Source: Octopus sinensis (taxonomy: Eukaryota). From it: a stretch of DNA of 64,000 bases. Both the position numbers and the translations under genes were made by a program. The notes beneath the pieces were generated by a model. That model ran no database searches. It saw only the letters and a program-made list of their open reading frames with translations, and had not been told where the DNA came from. The stretch is taken from NCBI RefSeq assembly GCF_006345805.1, contig NC_043015.1, positions 19,034,001 through 19,098,000 on the forward strand. The letters are read 5' to 3'. Positions 63,340 to 64,000 of this stretch are shown in pieces (position 1 is the first letter of the stretch; every line of letters begins with the position of its first letter).

Positions 63340-64000
63340 CGGTGTCATTTATGAGAACCGACTCATGTATCTGTTATAATGGTGTCTCTCGGGTGTTTAG
63401 ACAACATTTCTATACTAATTTGATTCAGCATGCCGCTATGTTGATCAATGAATGTTTTTTCTTTTTTTTGTTTTGTTTTTTTTTCCGTATACTCCCGCAA
63501 GTGTTTATGTAGCCTCTCAGCTAAACACTTAGAAGTCTCCCCAGTATAGAAGTTTCCCAATGTAGAATGTGTCCTGAAGAGAGCTTACCGACGCGCGTAA
63601 GTGCAATAATGTTGAGACCTGGCAATGCTTACTCGACCGCTTCAACGATGGGGGCTCTTTTGGAGAGAATAGTTACAGAATATTGGTCCATCACTTTGAG
63701 CCACAATCTAAAAGGCAAAGTATGGAATGAAAACACCCGGAATCGCCGCAGAAAAAGAGATACTAACCGTTTGGGGGGGGGTGCAAAAGGGCCTCTACTG
63801 GAATATTACCTGGAAAAGGGGTCTATAGTTAGCAGAGTAGGCTGTAGCGAAATGCTGGTCAACAAACTGAAACCAACAATTCGCTCCAGAACCCGAGGTC
63901 TACTGTCATAGTACATATAGCTGCACACACCGTTGAAACCATTGAAAAACTGAGTTTCGAGTAGCTAGAACACCCTGCATACTGACCAGATCTCGTCACG
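63340..64000 (-). mobile_element. Penelope-like element fragment with GIY-YIG endonuclease
   Basis: GNFYTGETSKCLAERLHKH (YIG-ET..L..R..EH) in ORF 63363-63560. Confidence 0.75.

Noticed and set aside
63567-63911. 114-aa plus-strand ORF
   Set aside because: Antisense to the Penelope fragment; no motifs.

Overview
AT-rich, microsatellite-saturated animal genomic DNA with one 100-N gap (27308-27407). The SINE families and repeat style suggest an octopod cephalopod (inference). I can support no host protein-coding exon, and most long ORFs in the track are microsatellite artefacts. The window is a mosaic of decayed transposons. Non-LTR retrotransposons include Tx1/L1, RTE, R4/Dong-like RLE, HERO-like and CR1. 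Penelope-like elements (PLEs) include Naiad-like and GIY-YIG fragments. DNA transposons include a complete-outline hAT Buster/Charlie, a Tip100-like hAT, Chapaev3, a MITE and Helentron-like ends. Several tRNA-derived SINEs are also present. The main signal missed by the ORF track is a dense, sequence-diverse set of type I hammerhead ribozyme (HHR) motifs: six near-canonical and about ten degenerate. Almost all have a palindromic or near-palindromic helix III (dimeric, PLE-type) and sit in short non-coding islands beside (AT)n arrays. Many near-perfect fold-back palindromes accompany them, and several are built from the same HHR-bearing terminal repeats. No self-cleavage or expression can be shown from sequence alone.
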